From the NCBI GenBank assembly GCA_000091205.1, contig AP006502.2: a DNA stretch of 64,000 bases. One strand, 5' to 3'. The notes below the pieces were generated by a model. It saw only the letters and a program-made list of their open reading frames with translations. It was not told the origin of the DNA and did not search any database. Shown here piece by piece: positions 33,417 through 45,615 of this stretch; position 1 is the stretch's first letter, and each line of letters begins with the position of its first letter. Made by a program: the position numbers and the translations under genes. Source of the DNA: Cyanidioschyzon merolae (Eukaryota).

Positions 33417-35186
33417 CTAGTGGGGCTTTGCATCGCTCTGGCGTGCCGCTGAGGCCATCACGTCTGAATGTTCCGTCGAGAGGCGCTGCTGCGAAGCGAC
33501 TTGTTGCAGACGCTTCTCAATGAGTTGATTAAACTCCTCTTTGAAGGCGGAAAAGTTCTGCATTGACGTGCGCGCCACCCTGCGACAAAAATCAACGTCC
33601 GATGGTGCAATCACCACTGAGAGGCGCATTCGAGATACATCAATACCGAGGCGGCGCAGATAGAGTAAACGAGGTGCAATACGATCACGCAGCGAGTACG
33701 AGAAAACGGCCGGAAACTCGAGCACCTTCTTCGTATCCATGTTCATGACAGAGCGGAGGAATTTCAGTTTTGGTTGAATGTCTGTGTGGATATCATAAAC
33801 AAGCAGGGGTGGCAACCCACGAACCATCGTGGCGACATCTGCGATTCCCCAGTCGCGCAACAGTGCGACGACTGGCATTGCATTCCGGTCAATGTCCAGG
33901 GCCAGCAGTGCCGGGAACGCGCGGTACGCTTTGTTCAGATCGTCGGTAGTAAGGCCGAGATCGCGCAGGAACTCTGTGACGCGCTCAACTTGTGTGAGCG
34001 ATAAAGTCAGGCAGCGGGGATATGAGCGAACCATGGCCGCGATGCTCTTCGACGAAAGTTGGATACTTGCGTTCAGAAATTCTTCGATCGCTTGCATCTG
34101 TCCAGTGTCCGTTCGCAATATCTCGGGATGCGCGTAAACGATCTGGCGAATATACGGCGCAAAATTCAGTTCAAGGCAGGAACAGAGATGCTGCACAGCG
34201 GCTGCCGCAGTTTCCATTGGAAAATCAGTCAACAGCCAGGGTGCACGCGGAAACAAGCGTCGGAGAATATCGCTTGAAGGCTCAAAGCCGCAGCCCTGCG
34301 GCGGATTCTGGACCAGAAATGTAAGCATGGTCTCGAGCTGCTGGCAGTCGCAAAGACGACGCTGCGCCTGCTCCAAGAGCAGAAGCCGCACTAATTGGGC
34401 AGTGTCAAGACCAAAGCGTCGGAGCTGCCGGAGCTGTTCGCTCTGATTCTCTGGAATAGAGCACCATACTTCGAGGGGAATCATCGGATCCATCAAGAGG
34501 TTCCAGCATTCGGCAGCAGTGATGGAGCTCGCGGAAGATATTTGCTGTACAGCAGCTCCAAGTTGTTTCGCTGTCTCCACCTCGAGGCTCTTCATGTCTC
34601 TTTCGAGCAAAGCTTGCAAGTTCGTCGGTGTACATCCAAAAGCCGCCAAGTATTCTAGCGCGGAAGGCCAAGTTGCCGGAACCGGTTGCAACGCGATTTG
34701 TTCCACGATATCGCGTGCGAGGCCGTAGGCGCATAGGGCTCGAACAAAAGCTTCCGCGGTGCCGTGAGCAAGCTCTGGAGCGTTCGTGTTCCATGAATCT
34801 TCCCCTGATACCTGCGTAAAGATGCGCGACACCTCTGGACTCTCAACTGGAGTTTCCGTGGCCTGATTTTGTGCTTTCTCGTGAGTCTGTGGTTCCTTTG
34901 AAGGTGTTCCTCGCGACCGAGTCTTTAGAGCCACCGCAAAGCGTCCAATGCGCTTGGTCAAATTCTGGAAGAGGTCACGAGCGCGAGATGCTTGATTTTG
35001 GTCACTCTGGGGGCCACCATTGTTCCCGAAATGGCAGCATGTGTCGATGTACACGGATGCGCGGTGTGGTCGTTTGCGACTAACGGGAACAAGCGGCGCA
35101 TAGCAGCTACGAGCGCCTCGGGAACAGTCCCATCGCTGTAGAGGCACCCACAGCACAGTTGACGCAGCTGAGGCTCCTGAAAACAT
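33417..35186 (-). CDS. mTERF-domain protein (organellar transcription termination factor family).
   Basis: Tandem ~30-aa mTERF repeats (FLRDLGLTTDDLNKAYRAFPALLALDIDRNAMPVVALLRDWGI...GLPPLLVYDIHTDIQPKLKFL...EFPAVFSYSLRDRIAPRLLYLRRLGI). ATG confirmed at 35186. Confidence 0.65.
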   Translation of the reverse strand: MFSGASAASTVLWVPLQRWDCSRGARSCYAPLVPVSRKRPHRASVYIDTCCHFGNNGGPQSDQNQASRARDLFQNLTKRIGRFAVALKTRSRGTPSKEPQTHEKAQNQATETPVESPEVSRIFTQVSGEDSWNTNAPELAHGTAEAFVRALCAYGLARDIVEQIALQPVPATWPSALEYLAAFGCTPTNLQALLERDMKSLEVETAKQLGAAVQQISSASSITAAECWNLLMDPMIPLEVWCSIPENQSEQLRQLRRFGLDTAQLVRLLLLEQAQRRLCDCQQLETMLTFLVQNPPQGCGFEPSSDILRRLFPRAPWLLTDFPMETAAAAVQHLCSCLELNFAPYIRQIVYAHPEILRTDTGQMQAIEEFLNASIQLSSKSIAAMVRSYPRCLTLSLTQVERVTEFLRDLGLTTDDLNKAYRAFPALLALDIDRNAMPVVALLRDWGIADVATMVRGLPPLLVYDIHTDIQPKLKFLRSVMNMDTKKVLEFPAVFSYSLRDRIAPRLLYLRRLGIDVSRMRLSVVIAPSDVDFCRRVARTSMQNFSAFKEEFNQLIEKRLQQVASQQRLSTEHSDVMASAARQSDAKPH

Positions 35187-36851
35187 AACTAAGCACCAAC
35201 AACACCACCTTCGAATTGCGCGTGTACAGGTCAGCGTGGGTTAATCGTCTGGCACCCCTCCCCCATAGCGCCCCAGCAGCGAGAAGAAGCTCACCGAGCA
35301 GTTTCCCTTCGGCAGGAGCCCCGCCAAGCGCTGCACAGATCCGCTCGCCTCTGGCACCTCTGACGCCGCAGTCGGTGCCGTCGCCTGCGCACAGATCAGG
35401 CGTGACGCGTCGTCCGATCGGTGCAACGTTGACACCCGGGACGGGTGAACACGACGCCGGTGCACGCGACCTGCTGGAATCTGCAATGACGCTGGGATCG
35501 ATGCCGTCCCCCGGAAACCAAAAGCATCTGTATATCCTGGAGCGTCTAGGCATGCTCATCAATAAAGCATTAATAGTTGTCTTTTCCATGGCGCCGCGGT
35601 TCTTAGCTGGCGACATTCCTCGAACTGCGGCGCGTCGCCACCTGCACATCCCCGTTTTCGGGGAGTTTCTTGTCACATGGATACCTGCTAATCGAAGAGA
35701 TTGCGAACGATTTTGCTTCCAGGGCTAGCGAGAGAGAGTCGAATCTCACCAGAGACCACTCGCTTCGTTGGGGTCTCGAGTAGCCAGGCCACCGTTCTCA
35801 CTGGAAAGCATTTACCGCCAAGAAGAAATGGCAGTCTGGTTCATGGCATATTTCCTAGAATGGGGTCGTTTTGTGTACGGTCTACGTTCCCGTTAATCGT
35901 CTTGTGCATCAGGCTTTGTTTCTCTCTCTTCTTGTTTATCTGTAAAAGAGCAGACACCACCCAGTAACTGGCAACTAGTAAAATAATGTATTTCCCCTAT
36001 ACAGTAAGAAATGAAAGACAGGAAAGTTTTGCGCACGTTCGAAAGTTCAGGTTCAGGACGGAAGATCCCGCGAGCCGTATGATTCTATCGAGCTCGTGCC
36101 TCACGTGATCCACACTGGCGGGTGTTGTGGCGAGACCTGCGCACCTCGTCCGCAAAGCAGTCCTTTTCTGGAACGAGGAGTGCGCTGCCTGCGCCAAAGC
36201 GTCGTCCCGGTCGCTGAGGTCTCCCGACATGTCGTTTCCGGCCGCTGCCGGTTCCAGATCTATGAGAACGTCCGGCTGGATCCCGAATTGACATTGAAAT
36301 CCCAGCCCGTATCGAGTGCACCATACCTCGACCAGACGCCCCAGCGGTATGGGAAAGCCAATCCGTCTCCGTGCTGTATCGGCAACGGCGCGACTAGCGC
36401 TGAACCGGACGCTCCCAGCAGGCTCGGTGTCGGCGAAACGTACTAAATAACCAGCATCTTGTAGAGACTGTACGGGTGGTGGCAGCTGAAAGAATTCGGA
36501 GCTAGGGTACGAAATGATAGACGGTTTCCCACTTGCTGACGTCCATCTCGAAATCGCAGGGACCCCTGGTCCATTTTTTTCACTGACAAACCGTTTACAT
36601 AGGCCAGCGTTCTCCGATTAGGCGCATTTTTCTTTTCTTACTTTTTTCTGTGTTTTTTTTCAGTGCGCGGTGAGGTATCCATCAATCACCTACCTCCGAG
36701 TTACATTACACCCCTGGTCCATGCGAACCTCCTGCCGATCAGAAATCATGCGGACACGTCACCTGGCGGCGCTTCAGTTGAACACGTGTGCGTGTGCGCG
36801 CGAGGCTGCGTTTGACCGCGAGCGGCGGCGCGCGGCCGTAAATCCCGCACG

Positions 36852-38327
36852 ATGCGAACGTTTTTCCCCAGACGTGTTCGTGACTACAAGGCACGTTTCA
36901 AGATGCCAGGTTCGCAGCCCCTGCGCGTGGCTTGCATAGGTGCTGGATACGTAGGAGGACCAACCATGGCAGTCATTGCGGCAAAGACTCCTCCAGAGGC
37001 TGTACAAGTGCGGGTGCTTGACCTCTCAGCGGAGCGCATTGCCGCCTGGAACTCGGAGCGGCTTCCTATTTATGAACCTGGTCTCTCGGAGTTAGTCTTC
37101 GCTGCTCGCGGGCGAAACTTACACTTCTCCACAGCTATTGATGACGGCATCAAGTGGGCCGACATAATATTTGTGGCCGTAAACACACCAACGAAGGAGT
37201 GTGGTATCGGGGCGGGCGCAGCCGCTGACCTCACTTACGTCGAGCTGGCGGCTCGTCAGATTGCTGCTGCGGCCGATACACCCAAAATCGTCGTCGAAAA
37301 AAGCACTGTACCGATACGCACAGCGGAGGCTCTGAGCGCGATCCTCGAAGCGTGTGGCAGGACCTCGTTCGAGATCCTATCGAATCCGGAGTTCTTGGCA
37401 GAAGGCACTGCGGTACGCGATCTCTGTGAGCCTGATCGCGTGCTCATCGGCGGGGACCTGAAAACCGAGCGAGGGCGCCAAGCGCTCGAAGCCCTCGTCG
37501 AGCTCTACGCCTATTGGGTTCCTCGCGAGCGCATTCTCACGACGAATGTGTGGTCGAGCGAGTTGAGCAAACTCGTCGCGAACGCATTTCTGGCCCAGCG
37601 CGTGTCATCGATCAACTCCATTTCGGCGCTGTGTGAACTAAGCGGAGCACAAATCGACGAAGTCGCGCGCGCCGTAGGCCTCGACAGACGCATCGGACCT
37701 CGCTTTCTTCAGTGCAGCGTGGGCTTTGGCGGATCATGTTTCCAAAAAGACATCCTTAATCTTGTTTACCTGTGTGAGTCGTTTGGTCTGAATGTTGTCG
37801 CAGATTACTGGCGTTCGGTGATCGCCATTAACGATTGGCAAAAACAGCGATTCACGGCGCGAATTTTGCATAGCCTCTACAACACGGCCACAAACAAGAA
37901 AATCGCGATTCTCGGCTTTGCGTTCAAGAAGGACACGGCGGACACCCGAGAGAGCGCCGCCATTGATGTCTGCGGCAGTCTACTGCAGGAATGCGCGAAG
38001 CTGAGTATCTACGATCCCCAGGTGCCAGCCGAGCAGATCTGGTCTGATCTCACGCGAAGATGCCGTCGAACGCGCGACGAGCTCGCTGCCTATGTGACGC
38101 TCGCCGCTACTGCCGACGAGGCCGCCGCCGGCAGCCACGCAATTGTGATCCTCACCGAATGGGATGAGTTTCGAACCCTTGATTATTCGAAAATGTACAA
38201 GAGCATGTGCCGACCGGCATTTCTGTTCGACGGCAGGAGCGTCTGCGACCTCAAAGCGCTCTCCGAGATCGGATTTTTATGTTATGCGATTGGAAGCCCG
38301 GATGACTCGCGAATTCAACTTCGTTAG
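36852..38327 (+). CDS. UDP-glucose 6-dehydrogenase.
   Basis: NAD-binding VACIGAGYVGGPTMAVIA, catalytic GFGGSCFQKDILNL and C-terminal GFAFKKDTADTRESAA. ATG at 36852; the second Met at 36903 (MPGSQPLRVACIGAGYVGG) is a likely alternative start. Confidence 0.9.
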   Translation: MRTFFPRRVRDYKARFKMPGSQPLRVACIGAGYVGGPTMAVIAAKTPPEAVQVRVLDLSAERIAAWNSERLPIYEPGLSELVFAARGRNLHFSTAIDDGIKWADIIFVAVNTPTKECGIGAGAAADLTYVELAARQIAAAADTPKIVVEKSTVPIRTAEALSAILEACGRTSFEILSNPEFLAEGTAVRDLCEPDRVLIGGDLKTERGRQALEALVELYAYWVPRERILTTNVWSSELSKLVANAFLAQRVSSINSISALCELSGAQIDEVARAVGLDRRIGPRFLQCSVGFGGSCFQKDILNLVYLCESFGLNVVADYWRSVIAINDWQKQRFTARILHSLYNTATNKKIAILGFAFKKDTADTRESAAIDVCGSLLQECAKLSIYDPQVPAEQIWSDLTRRCRRTRDELAAYVTLAATADEAAAGSHAIVILTEWDEFRTLDYSKMYKSMCRPAFLFDGRSVCDLKALSEIGFLCYAIGSPDDSRIQLR

Positions 38328-38401
38328 CGCGTACGCAGCGACTTGACTGGATCTATGGCGCTGATGCGCTCCCTGTCATGAACCCAGTAAAACCACATTT
38401 G

Positions 38402-39076
38402 TTAGAACGGTGCGATACTGACGCGCATGAGCTCCACGTCGTAAGTTAGCGTTTCATTTGGCGGAACGAGGCAGCCTTGGCCCTCAATGCAGACGCCCCG
38501 CTCTCCGAAGCCTAGTTCACTGGGCACGATTATTCGACGTTTGCCACCAGTTTTCATGGTTTCGATTCCCTTCTCCACGCCCGGCACCATCTGCTTCTTA
38601 CCAAAAATGAATGCCAGCGGCTTTCGCCCTTTTGCAGTTGTGTTATCGAAAATCGTGCCATCCGATAGGTACCCAATGTAGTTGATGACCACGAGGTCGC
38701 CGTCCTTCGGGCTAGCTCCAGTGCCTTCCTTGTAGTCGCGATAGAGCACACCGGATGGATCGCGCACGAACTTTGAGAGGTCCAATTTTTGAGGAGTCGT
38801 AGTGCCTGCCGCTCGTGCGCCTTCCAAGCCCGGAAGCCGGAGCCACGCACTCACGCCAGCCATAAATAAAAGGCGTTCTAGCAACTGACGTCGGGTCAGC
38901 GATAGAGCCAGCGGCAGGGCTGCTCGCAAAGTCGTTCTTCCGTTGCTACCAGCCGACAGGAAGCAACGGCTACGATGCTTTCGCGGCAACTCCTTTCCAG
39001 AACGAGTCCTCTGCAGGTTCCTAGCGTTGAGGGCGACTCCGTGCCCAGGCACAGGTTGCACACCGACGAAAACCAT
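38402..39076 (-). CDS. FKBP-type peptidyl-prolyl cis-trans isomerase with a transit peptide plus twin-arginine (lumenal-type) signal.
   Basis: FKBP core GDLVVINYIGYLSDGTIFDNT...FIFGKKQMVPGVEKGIETMKTGGKRRIIVPSELGFG. RRQLLERLLF followed by a hydrophobic stretch. ATG at 39076. Confidence 0.8.
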   Translation of the reverse strand: MVFVGVQPVPGHGVALNARNLQRTRSGKELPRKHRSRCFLSAGSNGRTTLRAALPLALSLTRRQLLERLLFMAGVSAWLRLPGLEGARAAGTTTPQKLDLSKFVRDPSGVLYRDYKEGTGASPKDGDLVVINYIGYLSDGTIFDNTTAKGRKPLAFIFGKKQMVPGVEKGIETMKTGGKRRIIVPSELGFGERGVCIEGQGCLVPPNETLTYDVELMRVSIAPF

Positions 39077-39289
39077 AGCACTCCGTGTTCCTGCTCGAAA
39101 CGGCTGCAGCAGTTGCAGGACAGTGCGTCTTCAAGGATGCTGCTGGTGCGCACATGCGTCAGCGGCCGATCGCCTACACCCACCAGATGGGACGGTTTGT
39201 TTGTTATCGAATATGTGCCGCTATCTTTCGCTCCTGAATTAGGTTTTGCGTTGAAGGATCGATGCTTTGGACTTGAGCATGATGGAAGG

Positions 39290-40370
39290 GCTCGTGGATT
39301 GATCCGTAGTTTTAGAATTTTCGGTTGTCGTTTTTGCTTGCTCATCTAGACTCTCTTCTGCGGGACGTCGTTCTGACCCCGGCATCGAGATGATTCGCGA
39401 CGCACGCGAACAAGGATTCGTAAACTAAATAACAGGATCACCCGGTTCGGAAGTGCAAGCGTCCATCCTTTTACTGTTTCTTAAGTGAAACGTATTCATA
39501 GCACGCATTCTTCATGTTTTCGATCGTTCTGTTTCAAGGTGACTCATGGGCGCTGCAATGCACGCCAGTGAATTGACGTCGAAAACAGCATCTCACAAGT
39601 TCATGCCAAAACTTGACAACATATATGATGTGGAATCATCTATTCCGTTCGAAAAACAAATCAGCCTCTCCTTGTGGCTAACGATGAAACCGCATACGAC
39701 AGCAGTAGAATTCCGCAGACGGGATTCGCTCCTGAAGGCTGACGTCTCTTTGATTCATACGGAAAAGGAGCCCGGACTCTGACGAACTTCAGTGATCGCA
39801 GCGATCGACTCCACTGGTGCATGCGTCACCGCTTGGCGTGAGGCGAGCGCAGACGGATCGAACATTCTCGGTGTACTCCCCAGTCTCGATTTTCTTTCGG
39901 TCCTTGTTTCATCATAGACAAGATACCATTCCACAAATCCTCGATCGAATGGAGCAGCGTGTGCTTGCGTTTTCAGCAGGCAGATTACTCACTCGGAAAC
40001 CGCCCTAGAGAAGCCCGTGACCATCGAGCGATGCACCTGGCGCGGAATCCGGCGCTGGCATCGAGGGGGACCTTCTGTTCTCGTCAAGGGCATGAACCAG
40101 GCGCCAAACCGAGCGGTCACACGTCACAGGATAGCCCCTGGAGCACGTGAACCGGATACATCTGGGAAGACCTGGCCGCAGTCAACCGTCACAACAGCGA
40201 ATCACGGATCGGGGCTGTATACCAGGAGCATGTGGATTGCATACGAAGCGTAGATCACAACGACGGCATGTGCACGAACCGCACTGAATACAGCTGGGGG
40301 CAGCGAAATCGGGACGTGACTGCTGACACGAACAATCCTCGACTGCTGAAAACGGAGCTCGATGGATACG
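39290..40370. repeat. IR2-L: left arm of a 1.08-kb inverted repeat pair.
   Basis: ORFs 39546..39782, 39959..40150, 40017..40253 and the C-terminal part of 40182..40604 recur inverted at 51,290-52,370 with 1-2 substitutions each. The coordinate sum is constant at 91,658. Boundaries were checked by reverse-complementing the ends. Confidence 0.9.
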
Positions 40371-40838
40371 ATTGAGCGGCTTATTTATAGTCGTAGATAA
40401 GAGAGCGAGGAAGAGAAAGCATTCCCCGATGTTTTTTCTCAAAGACTGGTGTCCATAACTGTGTGAAAAGACCGGAACCTTGCTGTATACGTCCGAGTTG
40501 CGTAGAAGACCCTGTTCCATTTTATTCTGAAATGAGTGTCTCGTCATGATGCGACTCACACATAGAATCGCAATGATGGAAAACGTCCGCCATAGCGACT
40601 GCAAAAATCGCTCGACATGCTCCTAGCGGTGCAACGAGGAGCCATCCGACCAGATGACGTTTGAGCGAACTCGACGCCGGAGATACGCCACCCAACATGC
40701 ACCAGAGTCGACGCCTGCGACCTGCTCAGGACCGCGTTCAGGACATTGGCTCGCGTAGGATACGGTGTGAAGATGCTGGCGTCCGTGGTGTCGGTCAGAG
40801 GCTCCGACTCTCCGCCTTGTACTCAGCGAATAGGTTCC

Positions 40839-41285
40839 TTAAGATTGGTCTCCTGCGCCGCGACGATAGTTCGGAATCGGGGGCGTCTCAGTTGGAATCC
40901 AACGCGGCCGCTTTGGAACACTCAGGTCGGGCTCCTTAGCCAGAACTTGCTGATCGGGCGGTAGCTCTGCAACCGCCGCGTCTCGAGAGCGCGCCAGTCG
41001 CAGCAGGCGTTGCTGTAGCATAACCTCACGACGCAAGCACTGTTTATTGTACGCCCGGGCGAGTTCCGCGCCACGAGCGAGCACTTCCTCGCTCAGCTCG
41101 AGCGTTACTTTTTCGGGTGCTAACGCTGCTGTAAGTACGTCCGGCGGCTCTGCGCGTTTCTCCGTGCGGCCACTCGGTACTCGCTTCGGCGTATCGAGCG
41201 CTGGTCGACTCCCAAAGAACCAACGCTTGCAACCAGGACACAATCGTATCCTGCTCATGAGACCGATCAATTCTCTACTATGCAC
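40839..41285 (-). CDS. Hypothetical protein (148 aa). No recognisable domain.
   Basis: Only an ORF in a gene-sized gap. Weak. Confidence 0.25.
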   Translation of the reverse strand: MHSRELIGLMSRIRLCPGCKRWFFGSRPALDTPKRVPSGRTEKRAEPPDVLTAALAPEKVTLELSEEVLARGAELARAYNKQCLRREVMLQQRLLRLARSRDAAVAELPPDQQVLAKEPDLSVPKRPRWIPTETPPIPNYRRGAGDQS

Positions 41286-41835
41286 AGGAGACTGAAGCCG
41301 CCGCCACCGCCGGGCTACCGGTAACCACTTTTTTGGCGAAAAACCGGTGTCTGGGGCGCTCGTGTGGAACCCAGCGAGTACCGCCTCTCAGCACAAAAAT
41401 GGCGAAGCGCATCATGGTATCGTATCGACGCCGTCCATAGACGCTCGACACCTGCAGTACGAGCCAGTTACTAGAGCTCCCTCGCTTTATTGGAACACCG
41501 CTCTGCTGCCGGGAGCAGGTAGGAGCTCTCGAGAGAGCGCTGTACCCGGCACGCTGATAGCCGATAGTCTTTGCGAGTTACGTTGATCGAGCACTTGCGC
41601 TGCACGGCAACGCCGTTCTGCAACGTGGAGAAGGTAGAGGCTCCCTGGGGCAGCGCTGAGTTTCGGCACGCCATTCTCAGTAGTCTTCGCACTTTTGGAG
41701 ACTGGCGGTTCGGTTTATTTTCCAAGGTTATAAAAAGTCGCAGGGCAGCAGCTTTCCTGTGTCCAAGTTCAAGGGTTTCATGGCTGAGGGCAGTCTCTGC
41801 AAACATTCGGTTCATCGAAACTCACGAGCGACGCC

Positions 41836-42510
41836 ATGAACGGCAGAAAAAGTATTCTTGTCTACGAAAAATCCAGCGCTCCGCTCTTGCGCGTGCTCGG
41901 AGCGGTCGGTGTCTTTCAGGTCGCTGCCTGGGCTGCTTTCGGTGCGGTATCGTGGCGGAATAGCGGCGCGTCGACGAAAGCAACCGCTGCTACTAGTCAA
42001 GACACGGAGGAGGACGCGCCTGGGACGAGAAGCGTCACGGAAAACACGCACAGTCCCTCGAGTCGTTATCAGACATGGTGGCCTGCAGGTGGCCTGCTCG
42101 TTTCGGTTCTTTTCCTGCAGCTGATGAGTTTTTACGCCAAACGGAACGTGAAAAGCATCAGGTTTGTCGGAGACTTTGCGGAAAGAGCTCGTATCGTCAC
42201 TCACTCTCTCTTCCGTTCGGGCCGGGAAGATCAACCAAGTCGGTTGGTGCTGGAGGTTCCGACCTTTCAACTACATGCCAGCGCTACTGGGCGCACTGCT
42301 ACTAAAGAAGACCTCGTGACATTCGGCATTCGCGGATACAACTCGTTTTTCCAGATTGACCGAAAGCGGGGGCAAATCTACGATGCAACTTTGTTGAATG
42401 CGCTGCTTGAGAAAGGCGGTCAAGGCGTGATGCAAGCTGCTGCACAGCGGATGAAAACTTCGACGCCAAAACGGACGCCGTCAGCTCGCGAGCGCGCAGT
42501 CAACAGTTAG
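41836..42510 (+). CDS. Hypothetical membrane protein (224 aa) with two predicted TM helices.
   Basis: ATG ORF with hydrophobic segments (LLRVLGAVGVFQVAAWAAFGAV; WWPAGGLLVSVLFLQLMSFY). No domain recognised. Confidence 0.3.
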   Translation: MNGRKSILVYEKSSAPLLRVLGAVGVFQVAAWAAFGAVSWRNSGASTKATAATSQDTEEDAPGTRSVTENTHSPSSRYQTWWPAGGLLVSVLFLQLMSFYAKRNVKSIRFVGDFAERARIVTHSLFRSGREDQPSRLVLEVPTFQLHASATGRTATKEDLVTFGIRGYNSFFQIDRKRGQIYDATLLNALLEKGGQGVMQAAAQRMKTSTPKRTPSARERAVNS

Positions 42511-43154
42511 GCATGTCCCGGGGGCTCGTCGTTTGACGCATGGCCTGGATGCGCCTCGAAACCAAGATATTCATAGCATCGAAGGCTCCAGGCACGCCCT
42601 CAAATGTCCGACACGCTGTGAAATGTTGCGCTCGTCCTGTTGGGATGATCTCGTGACACCAAGTGCCACGGGGACCAGCGTTCTTTCATGGCATCGCTGC
42701 TGCGTATGGGACGGACCAAAATATCGAGCGTACCGCTCAAGGGTCTGCGCGTCTAGCTCCGCGACTCTTGACAGGAAGCGAGACCTGTACCGGCATGCGG
42801 TTGTGCAGCGCTTCCAGCGGACGGTTCTGCAACGTTCAAGGGTAGTTTCGAAGACCAGGGCTATACTTGAAACAGTTGGTGCTTCGTGTAAGCACTGGGA
42901 TGGTTCGTAGTTTCCAGCGCCGCATGCACCCGCTGTCTCCGGGCGGAGCATGATACCGGTCCGATTTCTGCACATCGTCTGGAACACCTTTGCTGCACTT
43001 TTGGAGACGCTTAATTCATGTTCATTCGAGGAAGAACAATTGGGCATCCTGCCTAAACACCGTTTAGTACGCAAAACTAGCATTCATAGCGAACTCACAC
43101 GGACGCTTGACTCTGGAGTTTCGTGTTTCCCGATTTTCACTAGGCGACTGCACA

Positions 43155-45615
43155 CAGGCATACGCAAAAATCGTCGGATTGGCGTTTCATGTCAGTTTCT
43201 CGCGCGTGACTTTATCAGAATATAATGCTCGTTATATACGAGATCCAAGGTAACGTAACCCATACTTCGCATCAAGACGCTTTGGTCTGCGAGGATGCCA
43301 CGGCTTTTTGCCTCAGTCACAGGATGTTCATTTTTTATCGCGCGGCGAAACGGTGCAGGTTGTCGACTGCCTCGCATTCCGACCTGCAGCAGCCCCAGGA
43401 TGTTGTGGCACGCGTTGTCGTCGCCACAGTTCCATGTGGTACCTCTGCTGGGAGAGTCCGCGCTGCTCCCGCATCTGACACACTTGCAGTGCAGTGCTCT
43501 GTGAATCCGAGACATGTACGAGTTCCTTTCTTTTCCTTTCTCTCGACTCATTCTTCGTGATGACCCACGTCGTCGCTCCGTTCGTGTTCGAGAGGCGACT
43601 TGCGCACCGCCAACACGGCAGCGACGTCCGGCATTCATAGAGGTCCGCCATACGCACATCAGGCGTTCCCGTTGACTTGTTTGTTATCGCTGCCCATGCA
43701 CTGGACGTATGACGGGATATCGGACGCTTGGCGCCCTCATCCCGCTCTCCGAGCTCGATGACCGACTCTTCGCCACTCGGTACCAGAAGAGACTGAACAT
43801 CCATGGATTGCCCTCTGGTCGAACGTGGAACGAATGGCACCTCAGGCGCTGGTATCCAGAACGAGCTCTGTCTCGCAGTCATTCCGGAAGAATGCTCAAA
43901 TACGGCCGCAGACGAGTTTCGGAAGCTTCCGAGTCTGTTATCTCGCAAATGCGGAGACAAGCAGTCACGTCGTCCGTCCGTCCGTATGTCTGTCTGTTGA
44001 TTCTTGTTTTTAGCGTTTTCCTCGCGCTGTACGCGATCCTCGCCTCGAGGTCCTTTCTTCTGCTGGTGTAAATGACGCGTTTCTGAACCGGCGCCCGAGT
44101 CCGCAGTGGTGACTGCGTCCGGAAAAACCCGGCTCCACGCCTACGAGCTTTTGGTTGCGTTTCAGAGACAGGAGGCTTTCGTCGTTTCCCATTCGACTCG
44201 AAATATTCGACTATGCTCTCGGTTGCACACTGACATCGTATCCATCCGAGAGAAAACGGAAACCTATTGGGCTGTTCATTGCTTCGGCAGCTTCGATATG
44301 GAGGCTTTGCTGGTAAACCTTCCTCTTTATTTCCCGCCTCGATTTCCTTTCGACTTCTTTCATTCTCAGAACGCCGTGGCGTCGCAGAGTGCCCATGACG
44401 GCCAAGTAACTGACACGAACGTAACAAGTTGTGAAGCCACGCTTCGTCGGCAGCAGACAGAACGTCCTGGGGTGGCGCTCGCCTCTTCTGCATTCTGTAT
44501 CCTGCTCTCGCCAAGTATTCGAAGCGTTTATACCCTCTTCCAGAGGTTTGCGCCGTCGAGGAAGCGCCAAGCGCGTCGTACACCTATGCTTCAGTCAGAG
44601 ACAAACCCTAGTCAATGGGTCTCTTCAAGTCTTCGGCGATCTCGACCGCCAGTTTCATCTTCGCTTTCCGTTCTATATCACTTGGCGGGCCGAGAACGTC
44701 GACACCCTCGAACGGTCGAGTGACGGCGGCCCAGAGAAAGTGTTTCTCTCTGTTTCTATCTGTCTCTCTCGAGACGCCCTTGGTTGCGTTTCCATGCATG
44801 AGCTGGATGTAACAGGCGGCACGACACCCGAGATTCATCTTGATGTGATGCGTTTGTATGGTCGCCCCTCAAAATGGAAAGCTCTGCGGGCATCTGTGTC
44901 ATTCCAAAGAAATACCCATTCGGTGACACTCAATGTTTCGGCATTCCGGTTTGTGCTTACGTTCGCCCGCCTCGGAGGCATTCGCGTTCACCAGCGCTCG
45001 ACACGAGACTCGAGCCAATGGCTCTGGCGTGGTCTCGGGTGCTCCGCTCGGTAGAGGCGATTCAGCGAGCGCAAAGAAAAGTTCCTATCCGGGAACGGAA
45101 GCGCGTTTGTGGCCTCTTCGCTCGTCCAATCTTTGACCTTCTTGTACCTAAGTCTTTTCTGTGATAGCAGCAAGGGAAACAAACGATCGTGTGACCCGAG
45201 TCAAGGGTCTCCAGAGAGAATCCTTAGCACGCGGAGGTTCGCAAGGGCGTTGATTTCCTTTTCCAGTCGCTAGCCCAGGATGAGTTTATACGCGAGACGA
45301 AGGCCTTTATCCGTTTGCGATAGCGCTCTCGGAGGAAAGACTTCAGCTTCAACTTGATATCCGGAACTTTTCCTTCGGTCACTGGTACGCACTCGTCGTC
45401 CATTCTTTCAGCGGAGGAATCGAGCGACACATTTCCTCTGGACACCAGACAAAGTATTCCATCTATTCCAGCAGAATCATTTTTCCTTCCCGATGAAACG
45501 CATCTTCATCTGCTAAATCGATCGAGAAAACCGCTGATTCCCAGTAACTTTCTATTGGTACAGAGCAAATGCCCCAGTTTCGACAGCACACTACTCTGGA
45601 TGCCCCTACGAGCGG
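43155..45615. repeat. IR1-R: right arm of the ~2.47-kb inverted repeat pair, reverse complement of 27,030-29,505.
   Basis: See IR1-L. The outer part (44.8-45.6 kb) is more diverged, about 5% amino-acid differences in shared ORFs plus frameshifting indels. The inner part is about 99% identical. Confidence 0.9.

Noticed and set aside
29505-43155. IR-bounded 13.6-kb segment considered as a Polinton/Maverick-like or composite DNA transposon.
   Set aside because: Internal genes are single-copy housekeeping genes (Tdp1, mTERF, UGDH, FKBP). There is no pPolB, integrase, packaging ATPase or capsid gene, and no target-site-duplication-like short direct repeats were seen at the arm ends.
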